A DNA stretch of 64,000 nt from an uncultured Corynebacterium sp. (GCF_946222305.1 NZ_CAMIHZ010000006.1:17139-81138); one strand, 5' to 3'; shown: positions 1 to 10,516, counted from the first letter of the stretch. Notes: generated from the sequence alone by a model not told the origin. Made by a program: numbers and translations.

Positions 1-1841
1 TCATCGGGCCGCCCGCCAGCGCTATGGAGAAGATGGGCGATAAAATTACGGCCCGCGCCACCGTGGAATCCCGTGATGTGCCCACCGTACCCGGCATTTC
101 CCGCCCGGGCCTCAGCGACGACGACATCATCGCCGCCGCGCCCGACATCGGATTCCCCGTGTTGATCAAACCTTCCGCCGGTGGTGGCGGAAAGGGTATG
201 CACCGCGTGGAAGAAATCGCGCAGCTGCCCGCAGCGCTGAAATCCGCGCGCCGTGAAGCGGCGAGCTCATTTGGCGACGACACCCTGTTCATGGAACATT
301 TCGTGGACACTCCGCGCCACATCGAGGTGCAGATTGTCGCCGATTCCCACGGCAATGTCGTACACCTCGGAGAGCGAGAATGCTCCCTCCAGCGCCGGCA
401 TCAGAAGGTGATCGAGGAAGCACCTTCTGCACTCTTGGACGAGAAGACGCGCGCCGAAATCGGGCGGGCGGCGTGCGACGCCGCCCGAGCCTGCGGTTAC
501 CTGGGAGCGGGAACCGTGGAGTTCATCGTCTCTGCGAAGCAGCCGGAGAGATTCTTCTTTATGGAGATGAACACCCGCCTGCAGGTCGAACACCCCGTCA
601 CCGAATTGGTGACCGGAGTGGACCTAGTGGAATGGCAGATCCGGGTGGCCCGTGGCGAGGAAATCCCTCTACGCCAAGACCAAATCCACCTCAATGGTCA
701 CGCTGTGGAAGCCCGTGTGTATGCCGAGGATCCTGCCGCAGGATTCCTTCCTACCGGTGGCACCGTTGGCGAACTCAGCTGGCCCACCGGCGAAAGCGTG
801 CGGGTGGATTCGGGTATCCGTTCTGGCCAGATCATCGGTTCCGACTACGATCCAATGCTGGCCAAAATCATCACCTCCGCGGATAATCGCGAAGCTGCTT
901 TGGCGCGACTAGATCGGGCCCTAGGGCAGACTCTCATCGAAGGGGTAGTCACCAACCTCAATTTCAACCGCTTTCTCGTCACCCGGTCCGAGGTGGTTGC
1001 CGGCGATCTGGATACCGGATTGCTGGACCGCATTGTTGGTGACTATGCGGATCCCACGCCGCCAGTTGCTGCGTATGTCCGCGCAGTGTTGGCGCAGGTG
1101 GAACCCAGTCAGGAACACGAATGCGGCGGTTCCCTCGAGGGGCGGGACCCGCGCTGCGCCGTCGGTGGTGCCAGCGTCCTGTCTTCAGTGTGGACAGCCG
1201 GCGACGGCTGGCGCGGAAATGAGCGCCAGGCACCACTGCGCATGCTGTTCAAGGATGAAACCAGCGACGACGGCGTGGTCGAAGTCGACATGGCTCCAGC
1301 CGGAAGCTCAGTTGCTGCCAACGATGAGACCAGCGGTTCCAGTGGCGCTGGTGATACCGACCACTCCAGAGTTGGCAGCGGTGCTGGTGGCGGCGACACC
1401 GCCGGCTCTCGCGAGTGGACGGTGACGGTGGGCGGCAGCACGCATTCGGTCGTGGTTCAGAACCTCATCGGTGCGGAGCGGGCACGCAAGATCAGCGTGG
1501 ATGAAGTCGCGTTCACTACTTGGGCTGTTCCCGCGCCGGGCTATGTCACTGGCCCGGAGGGAACGTTTGAACTGACCCGCATCACCAAGGCCGCCCAGCT
1601 GGAAGCAGCAGTTGGAGCGGGAAGTGGCAGCATCACCAGCCCCATGCCCGGCACCGTCATCGCCGTCGAGGTGGAATCCGGCAGCGAAGTCGCAGAAGGC
1701 CAAGCTGTCGTGGTCATTGAGGCCATGAAGATGGAGCACACCTTGAGCGCCGAAATCGCCGGTGCGGTCACCGTGGAAGTGAATGTAGGAGACAAAGTGA
1801 CCACGGGGCAGGTTCTGGCGGGCGTCGAACCAAAAGACTAA
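1..1841 (+). CDS. Acyl-CoA carboxylase biotinylated alpha subunit (biotin carboxylase + BCCP domain). The 5' end is truncated by the window edge.
   Basis: ATP-grasp/biotin carboxylase motifs (GGGGKGM, EMNTRLQVEHPVTE) and C-terminal biotinyl-lysine motif EAMKM. The ORF stays open to position 1. Confidence 0.9.
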   Translation, partial: IGPPASAMEKMGDKITARATVESRDVPTVPGISRPGLSDDDIIAAAPDIGFPVLIKPSAGGGGKGMHRVEEIAQLPAALKSARREAASSFGDDTLFMEHFVDTPRHIEVQIVADSHGNVVHLGERECSLQRRHQKVIEEAPSALLDEKTRAEIGRAACDAARACGYLGAGTVEFIVSAKQPERFFFMEMNTRLQVEHPVTELVTGVDLVEWQIRVARGEEIPLRQDQIHLNGHAVEARVYAEDPAAGFLPTGGTVGELSWPTGESVRVDSGIRSGQIIGSDYDPMLAKIITSADNREAALARLDRALGQTLIEGVVTNLNFNRFLVTRSEVVAGDLDTGLLDRIVGDYADPTPPVAAYVRAVLAQVEPSQEHECGGSLEGRDPRCAVGGASVLSSVWTAGDGWRGNERQAPLRMLFKDETSDDGVVEVDMAPAGSSVAANDETSGSSGAGDTDHSRVGSGAGGGDTAGSREWTVTVGGSTHSVVVQNLIGAERARKISVDEVAFTTWAVPAPGYVTGPEGTFELTRITKAAQLEAAVGAGSGSITSPMPGTVIAVEVESGSEVAEGQAVVVIEAMKMEHTLSAEIAGAVTVEVNVGDKVTTGQVLAGVEPKD

Positions 1842-1943
1842 AAACCAACGGCCGCAACACACCTGCCGGCCACGAGACCAATAAAAACCGCAGGCCAGCC
1901 AACACGCACAATCAACAATCGACCGAAGAAAGAGAGATGAACA

Positions 1944-3089
1944 ATGGCTATCTTGAGCGACGAACTGGAGCAGCTGCGCAAGAGCGTGGAGGACTTCGCC
2001 AACAACGTGGTAGATCCCGTGGCGGCGCAGCATGACCGCGACCATAGCTTCCCCTACGACGTGGTACGTCAAATGGGTGAAATGGGGCTGTTCGGCCTGC
2101 CCATCAGCGAAGAATTTGGTGGCATGGGCGGCGACTATATGGCGCTGTGTGTGGCGCTAGAGGAACTCGCCCGCGTGGACCAATCCGTAGCGATCACCCT
2201 CGAAGCGGGTGTGTCGCTGGGCATCATGCCCATCTACCGCTTCGGCACCGAGGAGCAGAAGGAAAAGTGGCTGCCCGATCTGGTGGCCGGAAAGGCCCTC
2301 GCGGGATTCGGCCTGACAGAACCGGAAGCCGGCTCGGACGCCGGTGGCACTAAGACCACGGCAAAGCTGGAAGACGGTGAATGGGTAATCAACGGTTCCA
2401 AGCAGTTCATTACGAACTCCGGAACGGAAATCACCAAGCTGGTGACCGTCACCGCCGTCACAGGGCAGCGAGATAACGGTAAGAAGGAGATTTCCGCGAT
2501 CATTGTGCCCAGCGGAACCGAAGGATTCGTCGCCGAGCCGGCCTATAACAAGGTCGGCTGGAATGCCAGTGATACCCATCCATTGACGTTCAACAACGTT
2601 CGCGTGCCCGAGGAAAACCTCGTCGGCCAGCGCGGCCGTGGCTTCGCCCAGTTCCTGTCCATTCTGGAGGAAGGTCGCATTGCTATCGCCGCGTTGGCGT
2701 GCGGTGCTGCCCAGGGATGCGTTGACGAATCCGTGCGCTACGCCAAGGAACGCACCAGTTTCGGCAAGCCCATCAGCGATTACCAGGCGATTTCCTTCAA
2801 GATCGCCCGCATGGAAGCTCGCGCGTGGACTGCCCGCCAAGCATGGCACGCCGCCGCAGAAAAGATGGTCGCCGGCCAAGACTGTGCCAAGGAGGCATCC
2901 ATCGCCAAGATGATCTGCTCCGAAGCAGCCATGGACAACGCCCGTGACGCCACCCAAATCCACGGTGGCTACGGCTTCATGAACGAATACCGAGTCTCCC
3001 GCCACTACCGCGATTCCAAGATCCTCGAGATCGGCGAGGGCACCACCGAGGTCCAGCAGATGCTCATTGCACGCCACCTTGGGCTGTAA
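1944..3089 (+). CDS. Acyl-CoA dehydrogenase (isovaleryl-CoA dehydrogenase-like, FadE family)
   Basis: 381 aa with typical ACAD N-terminal, middle and C-terminal segments (GLTEPEAGSD, QFITNSG, IYEGTTE-like IGEGTTEVQ). Confidence 0.9.
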   Translation: MAILSDELEQLRKSVEDFANNVVDPVAAQHDRDHSFPYDVVRQMGEMGLFGLPISEEFGGMGGDYMALCVALEELARVDQSVAITLEAGVSLGIMPIYRFGTEEQKEKWLPDLVAGKALAGFGLTEPEAGSDAGGTKTTAKLEDGEWVINGSKQFITNSGTEITKLVTVTAVTGQRDNGKKEISAIIVPSGTEGFVAEPAYNKVGWNASDTHPLTFNNVRVPEENLVGQRGRGFAQFLSILEEGRIAIAALACGAAQGCVDESVRYAKERTSFGKPISDYQAISFKIARMEARAWTARQAWHAAAEKMVAGQDCAKEASIAKMICSEAAMDNARDATQIHGGYGFMNEYRVSRHYRDSKILEIGEGTTEVQQMLIARHLGL

Positions 3090-3192
3090 GTCCACACCGC
3101 AAATCCCATACCAAGCCACTGGCATGCATCACAGCTCGGCCACCACGCGCGTGAGCCCGGAACCGAGTACGAAATCGAAGGAAATGTGAAAG

Positions 3193-3708
3193 ATGACGGA
3201 GAAAAAAATCTTGCAGCGGGGCCTGTGGTTCGAAGAATTCGAAGAAGGCGTGACCTACTTGCATCGCCCCGGCCGCACAGTCACCGAGGCCGATAACACC
3301 TTATTCACCACCCAAACCATGAACACGCAGCCTCTTCACCTCGACGCCGCCTGGGCCGCAGAACAACCTGGCTTTAAAGGCGAGCGGTTAGTGAACTCGA
3401 TGTTCACCCTGTCCGCGGTCGTGGGGCTCAGCGTCTCCCAGCTGACTTTGGGCACGATCGTGGCGAACCTGGGATTCACGGAGGTGAAATTCCCCGCGCC
3501 GATGTTCCACGGGGACACGCTCTACGCCGAAACCACGTGCGTGGCCAAGCGACTCAGCAAGTCCCGCCCGAACCAAGGCATCGTGGAGCTCAAACACATC
3601 GGCCGTAACCAAGACGGCACAGTGGTGTGCGAGGCCATACGATCCACCATGATGCAGTGCCGCCCAACAGGGGAGACGGCTGCTGAGACAGGAGGGGATG
3701 AGCAATGA
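3193..3708 (+). CDS. MaoC-family (R)-specific enoyl-CoA hydratase/dehydratase
   Basis: 171 aa hot-dog fold protein. Its stop overlaps the next ORF start (ATGA). Confidence 0.8.
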   Translation: MTEKKILQRGLWFEEFEEGVTYLHRPGRTVTEADNTLFTTQTMNTQPLHLDAAWAAEQPGFKGERLVNSMFTLSAVVGLSVSQLTLGTIVANLGFTEVKFPAPMFHGDTLYAETTCVAKRLSKSRPNQGIVELKHIGRNQDGTVVCEAIRSTMMQCRPTGETAAETGGDEQ

Positions 3709-4595
3709 CAACCACATGGATTCCGGCAGGTCCTGCACTGTTGTTCGCGCCAGCGGATCGTCCTGAACGTTTTTCCAAAGCAGCGGACCGGTCGGACATG
3801 GTGATCCTCGACCTCGAAGATGGCTGCCGTGTGGAAAACCGCGACGATGCTCGGATGCATATCGCTGAAGCCGACCTCGATCCGGAAAGAACCATCGTTC
3901 GGGTGAACCCCGCAGCCAGCGAGGACATGCCCCACGACATCGCAGCCGTGAGCCGTACCGCATTCCGCCGCATCATGCTGCCCAAAGTGGAAAGCGCGGG
4001 TGACATTGACCAGGTCCTGCGCGAATGCGATGGCGTCACTCCCGATGACATTCGCGTGATCGCATTGATCGAAACTCCGCGCGGAGTACTTAACCTCGGG
4101 GAGATCGCAGCGCACGACAACGTGGACGCGCTGTTTTGGGGCGCCGAAGACCTTACTGCGGCATTGGGTGGAACCAGCTCACGCTACGGCGTAGATGAGG
4201 GGGCCACCCCAGGCGGAGGCATTTCCGGCAACCCCGGCGGTTACCGCGAAGTTCCCCGCCACACCCGCACCATGGTGCTGCTGCACGCCGCTGCGGCCGG
4301 CAAAGTCGCCCTCGACTCGATCCACGCCGATACCAGCGACGTGGAAGGCGCACACGCTGAAGCTGTCGATGCAGCTGCGAGCGGCTTCGCGGCAACCGTG
4401 GCCATCCACCCTGGGCTCGTACCCGCGATCCGGGAGGCCTACCGCCCCACGGAGGAACAGCTGACGTGGGCGCGCAAAGTCACCGAAGGCGCGAAAAACA
4501 ATTCCGGTGCCTTCGCCGTGGACGGCGAGATGATCGACGCTCCACTCCTACGCCAAGCCGAGATCATTGAGGCCAGGGCGGCGTCGGTGAAATAA
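3705..4595 (+). CDS. citE: CitE/HpcH-family CoA-ester lyase (citrate lyase beta-like; HMG-CoA/citramalyl-CoA lyase type)
   Basis: 296 aa with an N-terminal PADRPERF motif characteristic of the CitE family. Translationally coupled to the MaoC gene. Confidence 0.8.
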   Translation: MTTTWIPAGPALLFAPADRPERFSKAADRSDMVILDLEDGCRVENRDDARMHIAEADLDPERTIVRVNPAASEDMPHDIAAVSRTAFRRIMLPKVESAGDIDQVLRECDGVTPDDIRVIALIETPRGVLNLGEIAAHDNVDALFWGAEDLTAALGGTSSRYGVDEGATPGGGISGNPGGYREVPRHTRTMVLLHAAAAGKVALDSIHADTSDVEGAHAEAVDAAASGFAATVAIHPGLVPAIREAYRPTEEQLTWARKVTEGAKNNSGAFAVDGEMIDAPLLRQAEIIEARAASVK

Positions 4596-4657
4596 AAACC
4601 ACAATCCCACAACAACACCTAAACCAATTCGGCAAGAGAAAGACCAGGGAAGCGATC

Positions 4658-6307
4658 ATGACTACAGCCACGGATACGAATGTGAAACTATCCATCGCCG
4701 CCGGCAATACCGATCTCCCCCTGCTGGAAGAAACGCTGGGGCAGAATCTGGCCAGGTCGGTGGCCAAATACCCTGATAACGAGGCTGTGGTGGACCTCTA
4801 CGGCGATGTGCGATTGACCTACGCCGAATTCCACCGGCGCGTTTTGCGACTCGCTAGTGGTCTGCACGCCGCGGGATATCGCAAGGGCGACCGCATTGGA
4901 ATCTGGGCACCCAACCGGTGGGAATGGCCGATCGTGCAATACGCCACCGCCGAAATCGGTGCAATCCTGGTGTGCATCAACCCCAGCTACCGGCGCCGCG
5001 AACTGAATTACGTCATGAATCAGGCCGGTATCAAGGCCCTGTTCTCTGCGGGTCGGTTCAAGGATTCCAACTACCGCGCGATGGTTAGCGCGACTGAGCA
5101 CGAATTCGATAACAACTACAAAGAAGTCATCTACTTCGGTTCGGAGCGGTGGGACGAACTATCGAACCACGCGATCCTAGATTTGAACGCAGTGCGGGAG
5201 GAGCTGGAGCCGAACGACGCGATTAACCTGCAGTACACCTCCGGTACCACCGGGTTGGCCAAGGGAGCCACGCTGACCCACCGCAATATCCTGAACAACG
5301 GCTACATGGTCGGCGAGCGGTTGCGATACACCGATAAGGACCGCGTGGTCATCCCCGTGCCTTTCTTCCACTGCTTTGGCATGGTGATGGGGAATATTGC
5401 GGCATTCAGCCACGGGGCGACGACGATCATCACAGGGCCGGTGTTTAGTCCGCGCGCCACTTTGGAAGCGGTGCACCACGGGGAGGCGACCAGCCTGTAC
5501 GGAGTGCCCACCATGTTCATCGCGGAACTGCAGGAGCTCGAAGAAATTGGCGAGGGCAAGCTGGATCTTTCCACACTGCGTACGGGAATCATGGCCGGTA
5601 CCAGCTGCCCCACTAAGACGATGCGTGAGGTCATCGACATCTTGGGCATGGAGGAAGTGGGCATTTGCTACGGCATGACCGAGACTTCCCCCGTTTCTAT
5701 TCAGACGCTGCCGGACGATCCGCTAGATAAGCGCGTGGAGACGGTGGGCCGGCCCGGACCTCACCTCGAGGTCAAGATCATCAACCCCGACACAGGCGAG
5801 ATCCTGCCACGCGGGGAGCAGGGCGAGATCTGTGTGCGCGGATACTCCGTGATGAAGGGGTATTGGGATATGCCGGTGAAAACCGCGGAGGCCATTGATG
5901 AAGATGGCTGGATGCACACCGGTGACCTAGGGCTGATGGACGATGAGGACTACGTGCAGATCACGGGCCGCATCAAGGACATGGTGATCCGTGGTGGAGA
6001 AAACCTCTATCCCCGCGAGATCGAGGAATTCCTGTACTCGCACCCCGATATCTCCGATGCGCAGATCATTGGCGTGCCAGATGAGAAGTACGGCGAGGAG
6101 CTGATGGCGTGGATCATCATGCACCCCGGTGCAGAACCTTTGACCGTGGAATCGCTGCGGGAGTTCTGCGATGGTCACCTCGCCAGACACAAGGTGCCAC
6201 GCTACGTGCATATCGTGGAGGAATACCCCATGACGATGTCGGGCAAGGTTCGTAAGGTTGAGATGCGTGAAAAGGCCATCGAAATTTTGGGGTTGTACGC
6301 CAATTAA
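4658..6307 (+). CDS. AMP-dependent acyl-CoA synthetase/ligase
   Basis: AMP-binding signature YTSGTTGLAKG; 549 aa. Confidence 0.9.
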   Translation: MTTATDTNVKLSIAAGNTDLPLLEETLGQNLARSVAKYPDNEAVVDLYGDVRLTYAEFHRRVLRLASGLHAAGYRKGDRIGIWAPNRWEWPIVQYATAEIGAILVCINPSYRRRELNYVMNQAGIKALFSAGRFKDSNYRAMVSATEHEFDNNYKEVIYFGSERWDELSNHAILDLNAVREELEPNDAINLQYTSGTTGLAKGATLTHRNILNNGYMVGERLRYTDKDRVVIPVPFFHCFGMVMGNIAAFSHGATTIITGPVFSPRATLEAVHHGEATSLYGVPTMFIAELQELEEIGEGKLDLSTLRTGIMAGTSCPTKTMREVIDILGMEEVGICYGMTETSPVSIQTLPDDPLDKRVETVGRPGPHLEVKIINPDTGEILPRGEQGEICVRGYSVMKGYWDMPVKTAEAIDEDGWMHTGDLGLMDDEDYVQITGRIKDMVIRGGENLYPREIEEFLYSHPDISDAQIIGVPDEKYGEELMAWIIMHPGAEPLTVESLREFCDGHLARHKVPRYVHIVEEYPMTMSGKVRKVEMREKAIEILGLYAN

Positions 6308-6365
6308 GACTGTTCAGCACTAGGCTGGCAACCAGTAATAAAAGTATGAAGAAAGGTGTCGTGCG

Positions 6366-7562
6366 ATGACTGAACTCAAGAAATCCCCACAGGACGTGGT
6401 GATCGTGGGTGCCGCCCGCACCCCGCAGGGCCGCATGCTGGGCGGACTCGCCCCGAAGACTGCAGTGGACCTGGGTGCGTTGACCATCAGCGCAGTGTTG
6501 GAGCGCGCCGGGGTCGCTGCCGACAAGGTGAATTACGTTTTCATGGGCCAGGTCGTGCAGGCCGGCAGTGGGCAGAATCCTGCCAAGCAGGCGGCGGTGG
6601 CTGCTGGCGTGCCCGCTGTGGTCCCAGCCATCACTTTGAACAAGGTCTGCTTGTCCGGATTGAATGCCGTGATCAACGGTGCACGTCTGATCAAGCTGGG
6701 CGAGGCCAAGGTAGTAGTCGCGGGTGGTCAGGAATCTATGACCAACGCTCCCCACGTCGCGCGGGGTGTGCGGGCGGGCAAGGGCTTTGGTGCCCTGAAG
6801 CTGGAAGACACGCTCGAGCGCGATGGGTTGACGGACCCCATTGAAAACTCCTCCATGGGTCTGGAAACTGACGAAGGCAACGTCACCCGCGGCATCACCC
6901 GCGAGGAGCAAGACCACATCGCGGCCCTGTCCCACCAGCGGGCGGAGGCTGCTACCAAGGATGGCGTTTTTGCTGAGGAGATTGTGCCCGTGGAAATCCA
7001 AGGGCGCAAGGAAACCGTTACCGTGAGCGAGGACGAGGGCATCCGCCCAGGCACCACGGCTGAAGGCTTGGCCAAGCTGCGTCCGGCATTCCGCAAGGAA
7101 GGCACGATTACAGCTGCATCGGCGTCTCAGATTTCCGATGGTGCCGCGGCAGTCGTATTGACTTCCCGTGAATACGCAGAAGCAAACGGGTTGGAGATCC
7201 TGGCAGTTGTCGGCGAGCACGGCGAGACCGCCGGCCCAGATACTCAGCTGCACTCGCAACCATCCCAGGCGATGAAGGCTGCTTTGGATAAGGCTGGCTG
7301 GTCCGTTGGGGATCTCGATTTCCTCGAGATCAACGAGGCCTTTGCGGCCGTCGTGGCGCAGTCCATCAAGGATCTGGACTACCCGTTGGATAAGACCAAC
7401 ATTCACGGTGGTGGCATTTCCTTGGGCCACCCCATTGGTTGCTCCGGTGCACGCCTAGTTGTTCACGCAGCTCACGAGCTCAAGCGACGTGATGGTGGCA
7501 AGGCTGGTGTGAGCTTGTGCGGTGGTGGCGGTCAGGGCGACGCGTTGCTGCTGTGGCGCTAG
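6366..7562 (+). CDS. Acetyl-CoA C-acyltransferase (thiolase)
   Basis: 398 aa. Carries the thiolase active-site region (NKVCLSG) and the C-terminal GGGQG motif. Confidence 0.9.
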   Translation: MTELKKSPQDVVIVGAARTPQGRMLGGLAPKTAVDLGALTISAVLERAGVAADKVNYVFMGQVVQAGSGQNPAKQAAVAAGVPAVVPAITLNKVCLSGLNAVINGARLIKLGEAKVVVAGGQESMTNAPHVARGVRAGKGFGALKLEDTLERDGLTDPIENSSMGLETDEGNVTRGITREEQDHIAALSHQRAEAATKDGVFAEEIVPVEIQGRKETVTVSEDEGIRPGTTAEGLAKLRPAFRKEGTITAASASQISDGAAAVVLTSREYAEANGLEILAVVGEHGETAGPDTQLHSQPSQAMKAALDKAGWSVGDLDFLEINEAFAAVVAQSIKDLDYPLDKTNIHGGGISLGHPIGCSGARLVVHAAHELKRRDGGKAGVSLCGGGGQGDALLLWR

Positions 7563-7630
7563 ATTCGCGGCAAAACAACTAGGGCAGCGCTGCCCGCACC
7601 CTTTCAATTGGGCAGTGCGGTCGCAACAAA

Positions 7631-8572
7631 TTAATTCAGCAACACCATGATGATGGCCATGCATGGGATGGCCATCGCTGTGGAAATCACAGCAGTATCA
7701 CGGGCCAGAACCTTGTTCACGCCAAACCTTTGGGCATAAGTGAACACGTTCTGGCCCGTTGGCAATCCAGCAAGTAACGCCATGGCCAAAAGTAGCTGGC
7801 CGGTGGCGTCGAATAGAAAAATCCCCAATCCCAATGCAATGGCCGGGTGAACAACGGTCTTGACCACAGAGGCGGCGAGCACACTGCGGCGGGGGCTGCG
7901 GCCACGTTGAAATACGCGCACCTCCGCCATCGACATTCCGAACGCAATCAGCGCTACTGCAACGGTGGCATTGGCGATGATCTCTATGGGTTCGGCGACG
8001 ACGGTGGGCAGTTGGAAAGCGAAGCGCAGCTTGGCAAACGATAGCGCTATACCGACGCCAGCGCCGATGATGAGCGGGTTTTTCAGGATGGTGAGGGCGA
8101 GGTCGCGCAGAAGGCTTTGTGAACGCTGCCCGGAATTGAGGTCCAGCAATAGGACGGAGATGGGCCCGTAAAAACCGACCTGGAAAAGGATGACCGGCAG
8201 CGTGAGGGAGGGATTATCGAGTAGATGCGTGGCAAGCGGAATGCCTAGGTTGGATCCGTTGCAGTAAGAGCAGGCCAGCATCGCTACGAGAGAATCGCTG
8301 GTGCTGCGACGCGCGATGAAGCGATAACCGATGTAGCCGATGGCACCTGCCGAAAGCGTGCTGAGGGCAACGACTGCGAGGTTGGACCCGAAGAGATCAC
8401 CAACATTCGTGTTGGCCATAAAGTGTACGAGGGTTGCCGGCAGCGCAATCCAATACACGAACATGTTGAGCGTATAGACCGCGTTAGGGCCTAGAACGCG
8501 AAAACGCCCCACCGCGAACCCGAGCGCAATGATCGCGATGACGACGGCAAAACCGGTCAGGACTTGGATCAT
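7631..8572 (-). CDS. AEC (auxin efflux carrier) family transporter
   Basis: 313 aa polytopic membrane protein with the AEC-type N-terminus. Confidence 0.75.
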   Translation of the reverse strand: MIQVLTGFAVVIAIIALGFAVGRFRVLGPNAVYTLNMFVYWIALPATLVHFMANTNVGDLFGSNLAVVALSTLSAGAIGYIGYRFIARRSTSDSLVAMLACSYCNGSNLGIPLATHLLDNPSLTLPVILFQVGFYGPISVLLLDLNSGQRSQSLLRDLALTILKNPLIIGAGVGIALSFAKLRFAFQLPTVVAEPIEIIANATVAVALIAFGMSMAEVRVFQRGRSPRRSVLAASVVKTVVHPAIALGLGIFLFDATGQLLLAMALLAGLPTGQNVFTYAQRFGVNKVLARDTAVISTAMAIPCMAIIMVLLN

Positions 8573-8636
8573 GTATCAGCGGCTATTTCGGGAGAGGCGC
8601 GGTGGGGCGTGGGAAACGAGGGCCGGTGCTAGGAAG

Positions 8637-9305
8637 TTACTTCTTGACTACCAGTGCAGGGGCTGGCTTGTCGGTGAAGGATTGCTTGGTTGGGGACTTA
8701 GAGATGGAAACACCGATTACGATGTAGAAAACAATCTGCAGCCATGGTCCCAAGATTGGAATCAAGTTGATGATGGTGGCAATAGGGTAGAAGATGTTGC
8801 GCTTCGCAGCGGTGGCGAAGTCTACAGGTTCCCCGGTTGGCTTGACGACGCGGGTACCGGTAGCCATTCGGCCGAGGCTGCCTCCGACCTTTGCCTCCAT
8901 GGTGACGCGGTAGGCGTACCACACGATTACGCCGATGACGGCTCCGCCGAACTTTACCGACATTGGTATTTGGCGAGTTTCGCCCGACATGAGGTCTTGG
9001 AACTGGGAGTGGAAAATTACCCAGACCACAATGAAGCTAAGGAGGCCGGAGACGATGGAATCCAACAGGAAAGCGAGGAAGCGCGAGCCCGCGCCAGGGT
9101 ATTCGTGACCGGTTTGTTGCAGGCCGAGGTTGTTGTGGTGCTGCGCGTTAGGAAAAGCCTCGAAGCCCTGTCCGGCGGTGTTGCTTCCCTCGGTTGGCTG
9201 GGAGTAACCCTGATCCCCGAGACCTTGGTTGTAAGGATTCTGACCGTCGCCACCTTGAGGTGGATTATCGCCAGAAAAAGGATTATTTGAATTGAAATTT
9301 GTCAT
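8637..9305 (-). CDS. RDD-family membrane protein with a Gly/Pro/Gln-rich disordered N-terminus
   Basis: C-terminal RDD-like two-TM domain. N-terminal ~90 aa is low complexity. Confidence 0.6.
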   Translation of the reverse strand: MTNFNSNNPFSGDNPPQGGDGQNPYNQGLGDQGYSQPTEGSNTAGQGFEAFPNAQHHNNLGLQQTGHEYPGAGSRFLAFLLDSIVSGLLSFIVVWVIFHSQFQDLMSGETRQIPMSVKFGGAVIGVIVWYAYRVTMEAKVGGSLGRMATGTRVVKPTGEPVDFATAAKRNIFYPIATIINLIPILGPWLQIVFYIVIGVSISKSPTKQSFTDKPAPALVVKK

Positions 9306-9437
9306 GAAGAAAGGCTAGCAGAACTGACATCCACTAGCTGGATGGGGAACTACGTGCGGGCAAAGTAGCAGATTGTGTGTTATGCGGAAATGACGAATGT
9401 TGGGGTCGCATGCGATAAATTCGGTGCTTGGATACGC

Positions 9438-9495
9438 AAAAGGCCCGCCCGGCTAAGCTACCTTTCCAATGAAGGTACTGGCCGGCGGGCCTTTT
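9438..9495 (-). terminator. Intrinsic terminator hairpin downstream of rpsR, flanked by T-tracts on both strands
   Basis: Arms aaaaggcccgcccggc ... gccggcgggcctttt, followed by T-runs on either strand. Confidence 0.7.
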
Positions 9496-9539
9496 AACGT
9501 GTCTGTTAAACGTCTTAGTGCTGAGTCCTAAATTAAGGA

Positions 9540-9788
9540 TCAGCGGCTGTGGAATGGCAGGAGAGCCATTTCACGAGCGTTCTTCACAGCGGTAGCAACC
9601 TGGCGCTGCTGCTGTGGGGTCAGACCGGTGACGCGGCGAGAGCGGATCTTGCCACGGTCAGAGATGAACTTGCGCAGGAGAGCGTAGTTCTTGTAGTCAA
9701 CCGTCTCGATGCCTTCAGCCTTGAGAGGGTTCTTCTTTGGGCGGCGGGACTGCTCCATCCGCGCCTTCTTAATGTTGTTGCGCTTCAT
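9540..9788 (-). CDS. rpsR: 30S ribosomal protein S18 (cysteine-less form)
   Basis: 82 aa; the conserved S18 core is present and the protein has no Cys. Confidence 0.9.
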   Translation of the reverse strand: MKRNNIKKARMEQSRRPKKNPLKAEGIETVDYKNYALLRKFISDRGKIRSRRVTGLTPQQQRQVATAVKNAREMALLPFHSR

Positions 9789-9803
9789 TTCGCAGTGCTC
9801 CTT

Positions 9804-10109
9804 TTACCAGCTGGACTTGCGAACGCCTGGCAGCTCACCGCGGTGAGCCATCTGGCGAACACGGACACGGGACAGACCGAACTTACGCAGGTAACCGCGT
9901 GGACGGCCGTCAGCGGCGTCACGGTTACGAACGCGCACTGGGGAAGCGTCGCGAGGCTGACGGTTCAGCTCCCACTGTGCCTCCATGCGATCCTCGTCGG
10001 ATGTGTTCGGATTCTTGATGATCTTCTTGAGCTCAGCGCGACGCTCCGCGTAGCGGGCGACGATTTCCTTGCGCTGCTCGTTCTTCGCGATCATAGACTT
10101 CTTAGCCAT
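9804..10109 (-). CDS. rpsN: 30S ribosomal protein S14, long non-zinc (C-) form
   Basis: 101 aa; shows S14 motifs but no CxxC pairs. Confidence 0.9.
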   Translation of the reverse strand: MAKKSMIAKNEQRKEIVARYAERRAELKKIIKNPNTSDEDRMEAQWELNRQPRDASPVRVRNRDAADGRPRGYLRKFGLSRVRVRQMAHRGELPGVRKSSW

Positions 10110-10112
10110 AGA

Positions 10113-10277
10113 TTATCGCTCCTCGCGGAATTCGACGTGCTTGCGGACTACCGGATCGAACTTCTTAATGGTCAGACGATCTGGGTTGTTGCGCTTGTTC
10201 TTACGGGTGACATAGGTGTAACCGGTGCCAGCCGTAGACTTCAGCTTGATGATTGGACGGATATCGTTACGTGCCAT
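10113..10277 (-). CDS. rpmG: 50S ribosomal protein L33 (C- form)
   Basis: Hand-translated 54 aa [54 protein letters not shown]. It is missing from the ORF track because it is shorter than 60 aa. Confidence 0.85.
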   Translation of the reverse strand: MARNDIRPIIKLKSTAGTGYTYVTRKNKRNNPDRLTIKKFDPVVRKHVEFREER

Positions 10278-10279
10278 GT

Positions 10280-10516
10280 TTAGATCTTCTCCCCACGGGC
10301 GCGGATCTTGGCAACGACAGACTCGATGCCGTCACGGTCAATGGTCTTCAGGCCCTTGGTGGACACGTTCAAAGTGATCGTGCGTCCTTCGGAGGGCAGG
10401 TAGAACGAGCGGCGCTGGATGTTTGGGTTCCAACGGCGGCTCGTACGGCGGTGAGAGTGGGAAACGGTCTTGCCGAACTTCGGCGTCCGTCCCGTCACCT
10501 GGCAGTATGCCGACAT
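10280..10516 (-). CDS. rpmB: 50S ribosomal protein L28 (C- form)
   Basis: 78 aa; L28 motifs; a single Cys only. Confidence 0.9.
   Translation of the reverse strand: MSAYCQVTGRTPKFGKTVSHSHRRTSRRWNPNIQRRSFYLPSEGRTITLNVSTKGLKTIDRDGIESVVAKIRARGEKI

Noticed and set aside
2157-3125. 322-aa antisense ORF inside the acyl-CoA dehydrogenase gene
   Set aside because: High-GC antisense artefact. The sense strand encodes a full-length ACAD with all motifs.
6117-7430. 437-aa ORF on the minus strand spanning the acyl-CoA synthetase/thiolase junction
   Set aside because: It lies antisense to two confidently identified genes. The translated product is Arg/Gly-rich low complexity, as is typical of high-GC antisense frames. 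No domain was recognised.
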